Assembly (NCBI GenBank): GCA_902492065.1
Contig: CABUKE010000001.1
Coordinates: 348,652-412,651, forward strand
DNA from: an uncultured Eubacteriales bacterium
GTDB lineage: Bacteria > Bacillota > Clostridia > UBA1381 > UMGS1253
Length of the DNA stretch: 64,000 nt
Direction: 5' to 3'
Shown: one piece after another, positions 18,113-27,947 of the stretch
How positions within the stretch are numbered: the stretch's first letter is position 1
Layout of the letters: the number at the start of each line of letters is the position of its first letter
Notes under the pieces: model-generated
The model's input: only the letters and a program-made list of their open reading frames with translations
Told to the model about the DNA's origin: nothing
Databases searched by the model: none
Translations under genes and position numbers: made by a program

Positions 18113-18670
18113 TTGCGTATTATTGCTGGCAAAAAGCGCGGAATGAAACTCTCCGGCTTTGAAGGGGAGGCGATTCGCCCTACGGCGGATCGGGTAAAAG
18201 AGAATATGTTTAACCTGATTGCACCGCATGTTACAGACGCGGAGGTACTCGATTTGTTTGCCGGTACAGGCGCGCTGGCGATCGAGGCGCTGAGTCGCGG
18301 CGCGGCACATGCCGTATTGTGCGAGCAGGCGCGCCCATCGCTGGGGATTATCCGGAAAAATCTCGATAAAACAGGATTTATCGGACAAAGCTCCGTTGTG
18401 GAAGGCGACAGTTTTACATTTTTATCCCGGAACCAAAAGCAATTTGACCTAATATTTTTGGACCCGCCTTATAATACGGGTATGCTTTCAAGGGCACTGC
18501 ACCTGATTGGCAGTCGGAAATGTCTTTCGCCGGATGGAATTGCCGTCGCAGAATGTGACGGAACGGAACGGCCGGGGGAGATTGATGGTCTGAAACTTAT
18601 TAAGGAACGCCGTTACGGTAGGAGTTACATTTTGATTTACATGGCAGATGGAAGGGAATCGGTCTTATGA
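18113..18670 (+). CDS. rsmD: 16S rRNA (guanine966-N2)-methyltransferase RsmD
   Basis: [32 protein letters not shown] and a DPPY motif. TTG start after the SD gaggtgg. Confidence 0.88.
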   Translation: MRIIAGKKRGMKLSGFEGEAIRPTADRVKENMFNLIAPHVTDAEVLDLFAGTGALAIEALSRGAAHAVLCEQARPSLGIIRKNLDKTGFIGQSSVVEGDSFTFLSRNQKQFDLIFLDPPYNTGMLSRALHLIGSRKCLSPDGIAVAECDGTERPGEIDGLKLIKERRYGRSYILIYMADGRESVL

Positions 18671-19158
18671 AAATAGCGGTATATCCGGGTAGCTTTGACC
18701 CGGTGACAAACGGGCATCTTGATGTGATACAGCGCAGTGCGAAGGTGTTCGATAAAGTAATTGTAGGCGTGTTGGATAACGCGGCAAAAAAGCCTGTCTT
18801 TACCTCACAGGAGCGGGAGGAAATGCTCCGTCAGGTGACGGCAGGGATTGAAAACGTGGAGGTCTACAGTTTTTCGGGGCTGCTGGTTGACTTCATGAAG
18901 CGGTTTGACTCTGCGGTGATTATTAAAGGGCTGCGGACGATTTCTGACTTTGAGTATGAGTTTCAAATGGCGCTGCTCAATAAGTCGCTGAATCCGGATG
19001 TAGAGACCTTTTTTATGATGACAGACTCGAAATATTCGTATATCAGCTCCAGCATGGTAAAAGAAGTGGCAAGATGGGGCGGAAGTATTGACGAATTTGT
19101 TCCATGTGATATAATAGAAGTAATAAATAGAAGACTTTCCGGGGAAAACAGACAATAG
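18667..19158 (+). CDS. coaD: Phosphopantetheine adenylyltransferase
   Basis: [14 protein letters not shown] and ISSSMVKE motifs. ATGA start/stop overlap with rsmD. Confidence 0.93.
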   Translation: MKIAVYPGSFDPVTNGHLDVIQRSAKVFDKVIVGVLDNAAKKPVFTSQEREEMLRQVTAGIENVEVYSFSGLLVDFMKRFDSAVIIKGLRTISDFEYEFQMALLNKSLNPDVETFFMMTDSKYSYISSSMVKEVARWGGSIDEFVPCDIIEVINRRLSGENRQ

Positions 19159-19224
19159 GATAAATTTGGTATGGGTTTTGCGCAGACGCATACCGTAAGA
19201 CGGAAGAACGGAGGATAGAGCGGT

Positions 19225-19695
19225 ATGGAAGTTTTGGAAATCATAGACATGTTGGAAGATGTGGTTGAAAAATCTATGGCGATTCCGTTTGCGGGCAGGG
19301 CGGTTGTCGACCGTGAGGAATTACTTGACCTGATACAGGAAATCCGTCTGAATCTGCCGGGCGACTTAAAGCAGGCAAAATGGGTCAAGGAGGAGCGGCA
19401 GAGGATTTTAGACGAGGCAAACAAAGAGGCTGAGTCGATCATGAAAAACGCAGAAGAAAAGATGGCGAGCATGATTGACGATCATGAGATTACGCAGAAG
19501 GCGTATGCGCAGGCAAATCAAATCATTGCGGCGGCGCAGAACAATGCGCGTGAGCTGCGGCTTGGCACGCGCCAGTATGCCGACGACGTAATGGCAAGCC
19601 TTGAGGCGCATATTGCAAAAGTTGCGGAAACTGTGCATGAGAACAGGCGCGAGCTCAATGAAAAGCCGAAGGAAAAGACGGCGAATAAGGAATAA
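19225..19695 (+). CDS. Conserved coiled-coil protein of unknown function
   Basis: 156 aa, charged and helical (KQAKWVKEERQRILDEANKEAESIMKNAEEKM). No catalytic motif was recognised. Confidence 0.4.
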   Translation: MEVLEIIDMLEDVVEKSMAIPFAGRAVVDREELLDLIQEIRLNLPGDLKQAKWVKEERQRILDEANKEAESIMKNAEEKMASMIDDHEITQKAYAQANQIIAAAQNNARELRLGTRQYADDVMASLEAHIAKVAETVHENRRELNEKPKEKTANKE

Positions 19696-19754
19696 CGGCA
19701 GCTTTTCCCACATACAATGTACCAATGGATTTTGGTAAAGGATGTGTATGCGGG

Positions 19755-20249
19755 ATGGCGGGGAAATTTCATACGTTTAATATAAAAAATATTAAAGGAC
19801 TGGTTTTTCAGATTGCGCTTCCGCTATTGGTCGGGGCTTTGTCCGCTTTTTTGAGCGGCGACCAGAAGGCTGTATACGGGGTGCTGACGCTTCCGCCATA
19901 CGCGCCGCCAGGGTGGCTGTTCGGCGTGGTTTGGCCCGTGCTGTATGTGCTGATGGGCATAAGCGCCTATCTGGTGCAAAAGACGGACTTCTACGATGCG
20001 GGGAAAAAGCGGGCCTTTTTGTTTTACTATTTGCAGCTTGGCGTAAACTTTTTCTGGAGCATCTTTTTCTTTAAATTTCAGATGTATGCATTTTCATTTT
20101 GGTGGCTTGTGCTGCTGCTTGCACTGGTGATTGCGACGGCAGTCCTGTTTTACGACCGGAGCCGGGCGGCGGGATGGCTTATGCTCCCGTATGTGGCGTG
20201 GCTTTCCTATGCGGCGTATTTAAGCTATATGGTATGGATGCTCAACTGA
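19755..20249 (+). CDS. tspO: TspO/MBR family tryptophan-rich sensory protein
   Basis: Five TM segments with LPPYAPPGWLFGVVWPVLYVLMG and Trp-rich helices. The start is uncertain (19725 or 19755). Confidence 0.8.
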   Translation: MAGKFHTFNIKNIKGLVFQIALPLLVGALSAFLSGDQKAVYGVLTLPPYAPPGWLFGVVWPVLYVLMGISAYLVQKTDFYDAGKKRAFLFYYLQLGVNFFWSIFFFKFQMYAFSFWWLVLLLALVIATAVLFYDRSRAAGWLMLPYVAWLSYAAYLSYMVWMLN

Positions 20250-20262
20250 ACAGGCGACAATG

Positions 20263-20285
20263 GCTCCCGCATGGGAGCTTTTTTG
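20263..20285 (+). terminator. Rho-independent terminator
   Basis: gctccc gcat gggagc followed by T6. Confidence 0.8.
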
Positions 20286-20346
20286 TTTGACAATAGCTCC
20301 CGTGTGAGATATAATCGGTTTATGATAGATGAATGGGGGCGTCGGG

Positions 20347-20712
20347 ATGGATTTGCGCAAACAGATTGTCGACTATTGCCTGACCTTGCCAGGCGCATAT
20401 GAGGATTATCCGTTCGACGATTTTAACTGGACGGTCATGCGCCACGGATACAATAAGAAGGCGTTTGCCCTGATATTTGAGCGGATGGGCCATATTTGGG
20501 TCAATGTAAAGTGCGAGCCGGTCAAGGCGGAGTTCCTCAGAAGTATGTATCAGAGTGTTGTACCGGCGTACCACATGAATAAAACGCATTGGAACAGTAT
20601 TATTCTCGACGGCAGCGTGCCGGAAGATGCGGTCCGGGCGATGATTGCCGACAGCTATGCGCTGATCAGGCCGGAGCTTCGGCGAGACAGAAATGGGGAG
20701 GAAAAGAGATGA
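20347..20712 (+). CDS. MmcQ/YjbR family DNA-binding protein
   Basis: Family-typical YPFDD..., KAFALI..., PAYHMNKTHWNSIILDG and SYALI. Confidence 0.8.
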   Translation: MDLRKQIVDYCLTLPGAYEDYPFDDFNWTVMRHGYNKKAFALIFERMGHIWVNVKCEPVKAEFLRSMYQSVVPAYHMNKTHWNSIILDGSVPEDAVRAMIADSYALIRPELRRDRNGEEKR

Positions 20713-21221
20713 ATTTTATATTGCGGCCGTGGAAACTTTCGGATGCGGAAGGTCTGACGCGGTATGCTAATAATAAAAAAATAGCTGACAATTTGCGCAA
20801 TACGTTCCCACAGCCGTATACGCTTGAGGACGCAAAGTGGTTTATTGCCAATGCGACGGAGAAGAACGGTACGACACAGCTTACATATGCGATTGACGTT
20901 CGAGGCGAGGCGGTCGGGAGCATTGGCGTTGCATGCAAGGACGATGTGGCGAAAAAGAGCGCCGAGCTGGGGTATTGGCTCGGCGAGCCGTTCTGGGGCA
21001 ATGGAATCATGCCGCGCGCAGTGATGCAGATATGCAGCGAGGCGTTTGAACGGTTCGATCTTGTACGGATATATTCGGAGGTATTTGCGTACAACAAAGC
21101 CTCACAGCGCACACTGGAAAAGGCTGGTTTTGCGTTGGAGGGCGTCCTGCGCAAAAGTATTTATAAAAACGGGAAAATTTATGATTCGTATATTTTTGCA
21201 AAAATCAGGCCGGATGTCTGA
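20709..21221 (+). CDS. GNAT family N-acetyltransferase (RimJ/RimL-like)
   Basis: ILRPWKLSDAEGL..., a GYWLGEPFWGNG acetyl-CoA region, and ATGA overlap with the preceding gene. Confidence 0.85.
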   Translation: MNFILRPWKLSDAEGLTRYANNKKIADNLRNTFPQPYTLEDAKWFIANATEKNGTTQLTYAIDVRGEAVGSIGVACKDDVAKKSAELGYWLGEPFWGNGIMPRAVMQICSEAFERFDLVRIYSEVFAYNKASQRTLEKAGFALEGVLRKSIYKNGKIYDSYIFAKIRPDV

Positions 21222-21230
21222 CCTTCGAGG

Positions 21231-21266
21231 AAAAAGCCGGAAAGGATATCCTTTCCGGCTTTTTTT
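21231..21266. terminator. Bidirectional rho-independent terminator
   Basis: Palindrome gccggaaaggat/atcctttccggc flanked by A5 and T7. Confidence 0.85.
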
Positions 21267-21762
21267 ATTTTTTGCGAATAGGACTCAGGATTGTCCAAAC
21301 TGTTTCTTTATCCACAACGGGAGGAACGTCATAAATCAGCTCTACATTCCAGCCGCGCAGTTCATAATTTGTTGCATATCCCTGCCTGTCCAGTTCGCCC
21401 AAGAAGGCATATCCCTCACCAGGCCGTCCCTTCCCAACGAGCGTCGGCGGAAGGATACGGAAAGTATAGCCGTCAGGAACGGGCGTATCAAGCGTGGTAA
21501 AAACGCCGACAATATAGCTGTAGGTTTTGTCCTCGTCAGTATAGTTTCCCGACCATCCAACCAGCGCGCCCGGAATATAGGAGGGGAGTGAGCGCAACAC
21601 TTCCAAGCTTCCGTCGGCAATACAGCGGTTCCAGAGCGTTGGTGCCACTGCATCGCCCAGAAAGCCGCCGCCCCGAATCTCTTTACCGATGAGTTTGATT
21701 TCGGGCATTTGGAAAACTTGGATTTCCTTTTCAATGGGTGTCAATTCACATAGCTGTTTCAT
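21265..21762 (-). CDS. GyrI-like/Cass2-type effector-binding domain protein
   Basis: 165 aa starting MKQLCELTPIEKEIQVFQMPEIKLIGKEIRG, the pattern typical of small-molecule-binding GyrI-like domains. The upstream extension to 21852 lacks an SD. Confidence 0.5.
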   Translation of the reverse strand: MKQLCELTPIEKEIQVFQMPEIKLIGKEIRGGGFLGDAVAPTLWNRCIADGSLEVLRSLPSYIPGALVGWSGNYTDEDKTYSYIVGVFTTLDTPVPDGYTFRILPPTLVGKGRPGEGYAFLGELDRQGYATNYELRGWNVELIYDVPPVVDKETVWTILSPIRKK

Positions 21763-21790
21763 CTTTTTTTGCCCCTTTCTATTTTGTCGT

Positions 21791-22777
21791 TTATCGTATC
21801 CGGCCGAACGACCACGGGTCTGCGTCGTCGCCGAGATAGTCCTTGACTGCACTGGTCGCCGTGCTCAACTCTTTCAGCACATCCGGCGTGAGCGTGATGT
21901 CCGCGCCCTTTGCGTTCTGCTGGGCCTGCGCCGCCGTGCGCCCGCCCGCAATTACGCTTGTAATGTCTTTTTGCGCGATGCTCCACGCGAGCGCAACGTC
22001 CGCCATATCCTCGCCGATATCGGCGCAGATGGTGCGTATTTTGTTGATTGCGGCAAAAGCGAGCGCCTCGCACCCATCCTGCCCGTGCCGCGCGCCCTCG
22101 CGGTTTTTGGAAAAGATTTTTGTGCGCGCACGCCCGGCCGGGAAGTCGTCCGCCGTCTTATATTTGCCGGACAAAAGCCCCTGCGCAAGCGAGCTGTAGG
22201 TGAGCACGCCGATACCATTCGCGCTGCACTTTGGCAGCACACTGTATTCGATCCCGCGGAAGAGCATGTTATACGCAAGTTGGTTTGACACAACGGCATT
22301 ATATGGCAAAACCGTATCGAGGTCAAGTACGCCAAAGTTGGATACGCCAATTTCCCGAATTTTGCCCTGCTCTTTGAGCCGGAGCATGGCATCCATGGTT
22401 TCCTCGATGGGAATCTCCCGGCTGGGCCAATGGATTTGGTACAGGTCAAGATAGTCTGTGCCAAGGCGCTTCAGGCTGGCCTCGCACGACTGTATGAGCT
22501 TATCTTTGGTAAGGTTTGCCGCACTTACCTTTGAGGCAATCAGCACGCGGCTCCGGTCTGCGCCGAGGGCTTTTCCGAGAATACGCTCTGTCAGCCCGTC
22601 GGCATAGCCTTCTGCCGTATCGTAAAGCGTGATTCCCGCGTCATATGCTGCACGCACCGTTTCTATCGAGTCTTTTTCCGCCTGCGGGCCCCAGTTGCTG
22701 TCGCCGGTAAACGTCATACAGCCCAATGCTATAACAGAAACCTCTAATCCTGAGTTTCCTAATTTACGGTATTTCAT
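21791..22777 (-). CDS. Aldo/keto reductase
   Basis: MKYRKLGNSGLEVSVIALGCM, DTAEGY, LDLYQIHWP and GVSNF motifs. Confidence 0.9.
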   Translation of the reverse strand: MKYRKLGNSGLEVSVIALGCMTFTGDSNWGPQAEKDSIETVRAAYDAGITLYDTAEGYADGLTERILGKALGADRSRVLIASKVSAANLTKDKLIQSCEASLKRLGTDYLDLYQIHWPSREIPIEETMDAMLRLKEQGKIREIGVSNFGVLDLDTVLPYNAVVSNQLAYNMLFRGIEYSVLPKCSANGIGVLTYSSLAQGLLSGKYKTADDFPAGRARTKIFSKNREGARHGQDGCEALAFAAINKIRTICADIGEDMADVALAWSIAQKDITSVIAGGRTAAQAQQNAKGADITLTPDVLKELSTATSAVKDYLGDDADPWSFGRIR

Positions 22778-22981
22778 ACGTAACCTCCCCAGCAGGTATT
22801 TATTTTGCATCTATATTACAGTTTAACTGCCATAGCACAGAAAGTCAATCTTTACCTGCCAATTTTTTGGTATGGAGGACAGCCATACGGATATGCTTGG
22901 ATAAGACAGAAGTTTGTGTTATAATAAAATACCTCATAGGGTTTGAAAAGCATAAATAGTTACGGAAAATGAAAAAAATAC

Positions 22982-23010
22982 TTGACAGAAGACGGCGAGT
23001 ACGGTAAAAT
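22982..23010 (+). promoter_or_regulatory. Sigma-A promoter (TTGACA-17-TAAAAT) for ylxM-ffh
   Basis: Consensus -35 with 17-nt spacing, followed by an 8-bp hairpin at 23019-23040. Confidence 0.6.
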
Positions 23011-23064
23011 ATCAAGAGTGTAAAGCACAATGGCTTTACAATGATGGATTCGGGAAGTGAAATC

Positions 23065-23421
23065 ATGGGAAAAGACTTGAGCGTGAGCGTGCTTCTGGAC
23101 TTTTACAAACAGCTTTTGACGCAGAAGCAGAGCGACGCGCTGGATTTGTATTACAATCAGGATTTGTCGCTTTCCGAGATTGCACAGCATATGGGTATTA
23201 CGCGCCAGGGCGTGCGCGATAATATTAAGCGCGGGGAGAAGCAGCTTTACAGTTATGAAGAAGAGCTTGGTCTTGCGGGGAAGTTTGCACGTGTGAGCGC
23301 GCTATGCGACGTGGTAAACAGCTATCTGGAGCGGCTGTCGGAGATGAATCTGCCGGACAGTGCCGGCGAATATTTAGCGGATATCAAATATCACATGGAA
23401 CAGATTACAGACATTGTGTGA
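23065..23421 (+). CDS. ylxM: YlxM/UPF0122 putative DNA-binding protein
   Basis: LLDFYKQLLTQKQSDALDLYYNQDLSLSEIAQHMGITRQGV. Conserved position upstream of ffh. Confidence 0.85.
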   Translation: MGKDLSVSVLLDFYKQLLTQKQSDALDLYYNQDLSLSEIAQHMGITRQGVRDNIKRGEKQLYSYEEELGLAGKFARVSALCDVVNSYLERLSEMNLPDSAGEYLADIKYHMEQITDIV

Positions 23422-23478
23422 TAGCATAGACGCGGTATATGGCGGCCCGCAGACGCGGGCGGAAATGGAGCAGAATGT

Positions 23479-24828
23479 ATGGCATTTGAAAGCTTGGGCG
23501 AAAAGCTTCAGGGCGTATTCAAGAAGCTGCGCGGCAAGGGCAAGGTCTCGGAGGCGGACGTCAAAGAGGCCATGCGGGAGGTCAAGCTTGCGCTCTTGGA
23601 GGCGGACGTCAACTTTAAGGTTGTAAAAGAATTTGTCAAAACCGTTTCGGAAAAGGCGGCGGGCAGTGAGGTGCTCGAGAGCCTGACCCCGGGACAACAG
23701 ATTATAAAAATTGTAAACGAAGAGCTTACGGCGCTGATGGGCGGCACGCAGGCACGGCTGACGTTCTCAAACCGTCCGCCGTCGGTGTTTATGCTGGTCG
23801 GATTGCAGGGCGCTGGCAAGACGACGACGTGCGCAAAGCTCGCGGGTGCGGTGCGCAAACAGTTTGACAAGCGGCCTCTGCTCGTCGCATGCGACGTATA
23901 CCGTCCGGCGGCGATTAAGCAGCTCGAGGTTGTGGGCGCACAGCTCGATATTCCCGTGTTTGCGATGGGCGACGCGAAGAACCCGGTCGACATTGCCCGC
24001 GCGGCGGTGGAACATGCGGCGAAGCATGGCAACGACCCGGTCATCATTGATACGGCTGGGCGGTTACACATAAATGAGGAATTGATGGAGGAGCTGTCCA
24101 ACATCAAGGCGGCAGTCAGCCCAAGCGAGATATTGCTCGTGGTCGACGCCATGACGGGCCAGGATGCGGTCAACGTGTCGCAGAGCTTTAACGAACAGCT
24201 CGGCATCGACGGCGTTATCCTGACAAAGCTGGACGGCGACGCACGCGGCGGCGCGGCGCTCTCAGTGCGCCACGTGACGGGCAAGCCAATCAAGTACGTC
24301 GGCATGGGAGAAAAGCTCGGCGATTTGGAGCCGTTTTATCCGGACCGCATGGCGTCGCGTATCCTCGGCATGGGCGACGTGCTGACGCTGATTGACAAGG
24401 CGCAGGAAGCTTTTGACGAGAAGCAGGCTGCGGAGTTGGAAAAGAAGCTGACGACAAGCGGGATGGATTTGGAGGACTTTTTGGAGCAGCTCCAACAGAT
24501 CAAAAAGATGGGCCCGCTTGAGCAGGTGCTCTCCATGATGCCCGGCATCGGCGGCAAGCTCCCGAAGGATATTTCCATCGACGACAAGCAGCTTGCCATG
24601 CCGGAGGCAATTATCCGTTCGATGACGCCGAAGGAGCGGCAAAACCCGTCCATCATCAACGCAAGCCGTAAGGTGCGTATCGCAAACGGCGCGGGCGTAC
24701 GGGTGCAGGACGTCAACGCACTTTTAAAGCAGTTTGACCAGATGCGCTCGATGATGAAGCGGTTTTCGTCCCCCAAAGGGAAAAAGAAGATGAAAAAGAT
24801 GAATAAAATGCGCTTCCCATTTGCGTGA
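23479..24828 (+). CDS. ffh: Signal recognition particle protein Ffh
   Basis: GLQGAGKTTT, DTAGR, TKLDGDARGG and a Met-rich M domain. Confidence 0.97.
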   Translation: MAFESLGEKLQGVFKKLRGKGKVSEADVKEAMREVKLALLEADVNFKVVKEFVKTVSEKAAGSEVLESLTPGQQIIKIVNEELTALMGGTQARLTFSNRPPSVFMLVGLQGAGKTTTCAKLAGAVRKQFDKRPLLVACDVYRPAAIKQLEVVGAQLDIPVFAMGDAKNPVDIARAAVEHAAKHGNDPVIIDTAGRLHINEELMEELSNIKAAVSPSEILLVVDAMTGQDAVNVSQSFNEQLGIDGVILTKLDGDARGGAALSVRHVTGKPIKYVGMGEKLGDLEPFYPDRMASRILGMGDVLTLIDKAQEAFDEKQAAELEKKLTTSGMDLEDFLEQLQQIKKMGPLEQVLSMMPGIGGKLPKDISIDDKQLAMPEAIIRSMTPKERQNPSIINASRKVRIANGAGVRVQDVNALLKQFDQMRSMMKRFSSPKGKKKMKKMNKMRFPFA

Positions 24829-24915
24829 GGCGGTAAATTAGTTTATACTTATTTTTAAGATAAGATAAATGCAGGGCTTCCGCCCTGTAACCAATAAAAC
24901 CTGGAGGTGAAAGAC

Positions 24916-25158
24916 ATGGCAGTTAAAATCAGACTGAAGCGGATGGGCGCGAAGAAGGCTCCGTTTTACCGGGTCGTTGTAGCAGATTCCAGATACCCGC
25001 GCGACGGCAGATTCATCGAGGAGGTTGGCACGTACAACCCGATGGTTGAGCCGGCGGAGGTTAAGATCGACGCGGAAAAGACGAAGAAATGGATCGCAAA
25101 CGGCGCACAGCCGACGGATACGGTAAAGGGTTTGCTCAAGAAGGCAAACATCCTGTAA
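24916..25158 (+). CDS. rpsP: 30S ribosomal protein S16
   Basis: [26 protein letters not shown]. Confidence 0.97.
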   Translation: MAVKIRLKRMGAKKAPFYRVVVADSRYPRDGRFIEEVGTYNPMVEPAEVKIDAEKTKKWIANGAQPTDTVKGLLKKANIL

Positions 25159-25179
25159 GGGAATCGGAGGAGCATTGCG

Positions 25180-25410
25180 ATGAAGGAAGTTTTGGAAGTA
25201 GTGGCGAAGGCTCTGGTCGACCATCCGGACGACGTTTCCGTGACAGAAGTGGAGGGTGAGCGCGAAACTGTGCTCGAGCTTCGCGTTGCGGACGACGACA
25301 TGGGGAAGGTAATCGGCAAGCAGGGCCGGATTGCCAAAGCAATCCGCACGGTTGTGAAAGCGGCGGCAAGCCGGGAAAACAAGCGTGTTATGGTTGAGAT
25401 TGTAGACTGA
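25180..25410 (+). CDS. KH-domain RNA-binding protein (YlqC-like)
   Basis: 76 aa with [17 protein letters not shown] (a GxxG KH motif), located between rpsP and rimM. Confidence 0.9.
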   Translation: MKEVLEVVAKALVDHPDDVSVTEVEGERETVLELRVADDDMGKVIGKQGRIAKAIRTVVKAAASRENKRVMVEIVD

Positions 25411-25467
25411 TTGCATGGTGGGGCGCATTTTGCGCCCCATTTTGTCATGCGGGAAAGGAATGCAGAG

Positions 25468-25977
25468 ATGAAACAGCAGACATTGCAGGTTGGACAGATA
25501 GTCAATACGCACGGGCTGCGCGGCGAGGTGAAGGTTGTGCCGTGGACGGATACGCCCGATGTGTTTGAAAACCTTGAGACGGTATATATTGATATTAAAA
25601 AAGAAAAAAAAGCTTTTGCACTCCAGCACATCAAGTACCAGAAGGGAAATCTGATTGTGAAGTTTGCAGGCATTGACCATATAGACGAGGCGGAAACACT
25701 GAAAAACCATACGCTGTATGTGGACAGGGAGCAGCTTGGCGAGCCGGAAGAGGGCTACTATATCTGTGATTTACTCGGCTGCAGCGTGGAGACGGATGAG
25801 GGGAAACATCTTGGCAAGGTTGTGGAGGTGTTCCCGACCGGGAGCAACGACGTATACGTTGTGCGGCCGGAGAAGGGGAAGGATATCCTGCTCCCCGTGA
25901 TTGATGAGGTCGTGCTGCGCGTCGACATTGAAGAAGGGAAAATCATGGTACATTTATTAGAGGGGCTGGTGGAGTGA
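25468..25977 (+). CDS. rimM: 16S rRNA processing protein RimM
   Basis: VGQIVNTHGLRGEVKV and a PRC-barrel C-terminus. ATG at 25468 after the SD aaagga. Confidence 0.92.
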   Translation: MKQQTLQVGQIVNTHGLRGEVKVVPWTDTPDVFENLETVYIDIKKEKKAFALQHIKYQKGNLIVKFAGIDHIDEAETLKNHTLYVDREQLGEPEEGYYICDLLGCSVETDEGKHLGKVVEVFPTGSNDVYVVRPEKGKDILLPVIDEVVLRVDIEEGKIMVHLLEGLVE

Positions 25978-26720
25978 TGCGCTTTGACGTGCTTACGCTG
26001 TTCCCGGACATGTTTGAGGCTGTGCTGGGCGACAGTATTATCGGCCGCGCGCGGGAAAACGGCCTTTTGGAGCTGAATTTTATCCAGATTCGCGACTTTT
26101 CCACCGACAAGCACCGCCGTGTCGACGACTACCCCTACGGCGGCGGCGCAGGTATGCTGATGGCGGTTCAGCCAATCTATGACGCATACCGGAGTGTAAC
26201 GGATGGACTTGGTTACAAGCCGCTCACCATCTATTTATCGCCGCAGGGGCGGGTGTTTGACCAGCCGTGCGCGACAGAGCTTGTACAGTTGGAGCATATC
26301 GTCTTGCTGTGCGGGCACTACGAGGGCGTCGACCAGCGCGTGCTCGACGAGATCGTGGATATGGAGTTGTCTATTGGCGACTTTGTGCTCACAGGGGGCG
26401 AGATTCCTGCCATGGCAGTTATCGACACAGTGGCGCGGCTCGTGCCGGGCGTACTGGCGGATGCAAGCTCCTATATGGGGGAGTCGCACTTCCATTCCCT
26501 GCTGGAATACCCGCAGTATACCCGCCCACCCGAAATCTTGGGCCGGAGTGTGCCGGAAATACTGCTGAGCGGGCATCACGCCAATATCGAGGTCTGGAAG
26601 CGACAGCAATCGCTCCGGGTTACGCATGAGAAGCGGCCTGATTTGTTAAAAAAGGCGGAACTAAGCGAAACGGATCTTGCTTTTTTGAAAACATTGGAGT
26701 GTGGAGAGGGGGAGGGATGA
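25977..26720 (+). CDS. trmD: tRNA (guanine37-N1)-methyltransferase TrmD
   Basis: FDVLTLFPDMF, HYEGVDQRV and SIGDFVLTGGE. Confidence 0.96.
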   Translation: MRFDVLTLFPDMFEAVLGDSIIGRARENGLLELNFIQIRDFSTDKHRRVDDYPYGGGAGMLMAVQPIYDAYRSVTDGLGYKPLTIYLSPQGRVFDQPCATELVQLEHIVLLCGHYEGVDQRVLDEIVDMELSIGDFVLTGGEIPAMAVIDTVARLVPGVLADASSYMGESHFHSLLEYPQYTRPPEILGRSVPEILLSGHHANIEVWKRQQSLRVTHEKRPDLLKKAELSETDLAFLKTLECGEGEG

Positions 26721-27916
26721 TGGAATATGTAACAGAACCGGCACGGGAACTGCCAATTGCAGGAGAATATGACGTGTTTGTTGCAGGCGGCGGCATTGCG
26801 GGCGCCGCGGCGGCGCTTGCCGCGGCACGCAGCGGGGCGAAGGTGCTCCTGTGTGAGCGGGAGTGTATGCTCGGCGGGCTTGGCACGCTGGGAATCGTAA
26901 CGATTTACCTGCCGCTGTGCGACGGGTGCGGACGGCAGGTGAGTTACGGTATCAGCGAAGAGCTTTTGCGCCTCTCCATTAAGCATGGCGCGGAGGCGCG
27001 TTACCCTGCGCCGTGGCTCGACGGCGGCACACACGAGGAAAAGACGGCGACGCGGTTTGAGGTGCAGTACAATGCGCATCTGTTTGCAATCGAGCTGGAG
27101 CGTCTGCTGCTGCGCGAGGGTGTGACGTTGTTATATGCGACAGGGGTGTCCGGCGTATCAAAACAGGATGGTAGAATCGACGCGGTAATCCTCGAAAACA
27201 AGGGTGGCAGGCAGGCCGTTCGTGTCAAGAGTGTCGTCGATGCAACGGGTGACGCGGATGTTTGTGCCTTTGCAGGCGAGGATACGGCAGTGTTTGCCCC
27301 GGGGAACAAACTTGCGGCGTGGTACTACGGTTTAGGAAAGGCGGGGCACGAGCTGCACATGCTTGGTTTTGCAGATGTGGTGGATGAAAACGGGAATTAT
27401 ATTGACAAGGAGCAGACAGGCGCACGCTACAGCGGGTTGGACGGCTTTACAACAAGCCGCATGCTGACGCTGGCACATGAGCAGATTTTAAAGGATGTGC
27501 TCAAGCGGCGCAAGGACGACGCATCGTACATACCGGTCAATACGCCCACCATCCCACAGTTTCGCATGACGCGCAGGCTCGTTGGCGCTTATGAATTGGA
27601 CGACCGGCAAATGCATACGCATTTTGATGACAGTGTCGGTATGATTGGCGACTGGCGCAAGCGCGGGCCGGTGTATGAGCTGCCCTTCCGGACGCTTTAT
27701 GGAAATAAGGTCAAAAACCTGCTCTGTGCCGGACGGTGTATCAGCGTGACGGACACGATGTGGGACATTACGCGCGTAATTCCGGTGTGCGCCCAGACGG
27801 GCGAGGCGGCGGGGACCGCCGCGGCGATGGGGACGGATTTTGCCGCGCTTGACGTTTCGGCCTTGCAGAAACGTCTTATGAAAAATGGTGTTCGGCTGCA
27901 CGAAACGGAGTTATAG
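26720..27916 (+). CDS. FAD-dependent oxidoreductase (FAD_oxidored/GIDA-like fold), substrate unknown
   Basis: The dinucleotide-binding motif DVFVAGGGIAGAAAALAAARSGAKVLLCE is present. The start (26717 or 26720) overlaps the trmD stop. Confidence 0.8.
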   Translation: MEYVTEPARELPIAGEYDVFVAGGGIAGAAAALAAARSGAKVLLCERECMLGGLGTLGIVTIYLPLCDGCGRQVSYGISEELLRLSIKHGAEARYPAPWLDGGTHEEKTATRFEVQYNAHLFAIELERLLLREGVTLLYATGVSGVSKQDGRIDAVILENKGGRQAVRVKSVVDATGDADVCAFAGEDTAVFAPGNKLAAWYYGLGKAGHELHMLGFADVVDENGNYIDKEQTGARYSGLDGFTTSRMLTLAHEQILKDVLKRRKDDASYIPVNTPTIPQFRMTRRLVGAYELDDRQMHTHFDDSVGMIGDWRKRGPVYELPFRTLYGNKVKNLLCAGRCISVTDTMWDITRVIPVCAQTGEAAGTAAAMGTDFAALDVSALQKRLMKNGVRLHETEL

Positions 27917-27947
27917 AAAAAAACGGCTCTAAAAAGCCGTTTTTTTT
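27917..27947. terminator. Bidirectional rho-independent terminator
   Basis: acggct/agccgt stem flanked by A7 and T7. Confidence 0.8.
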
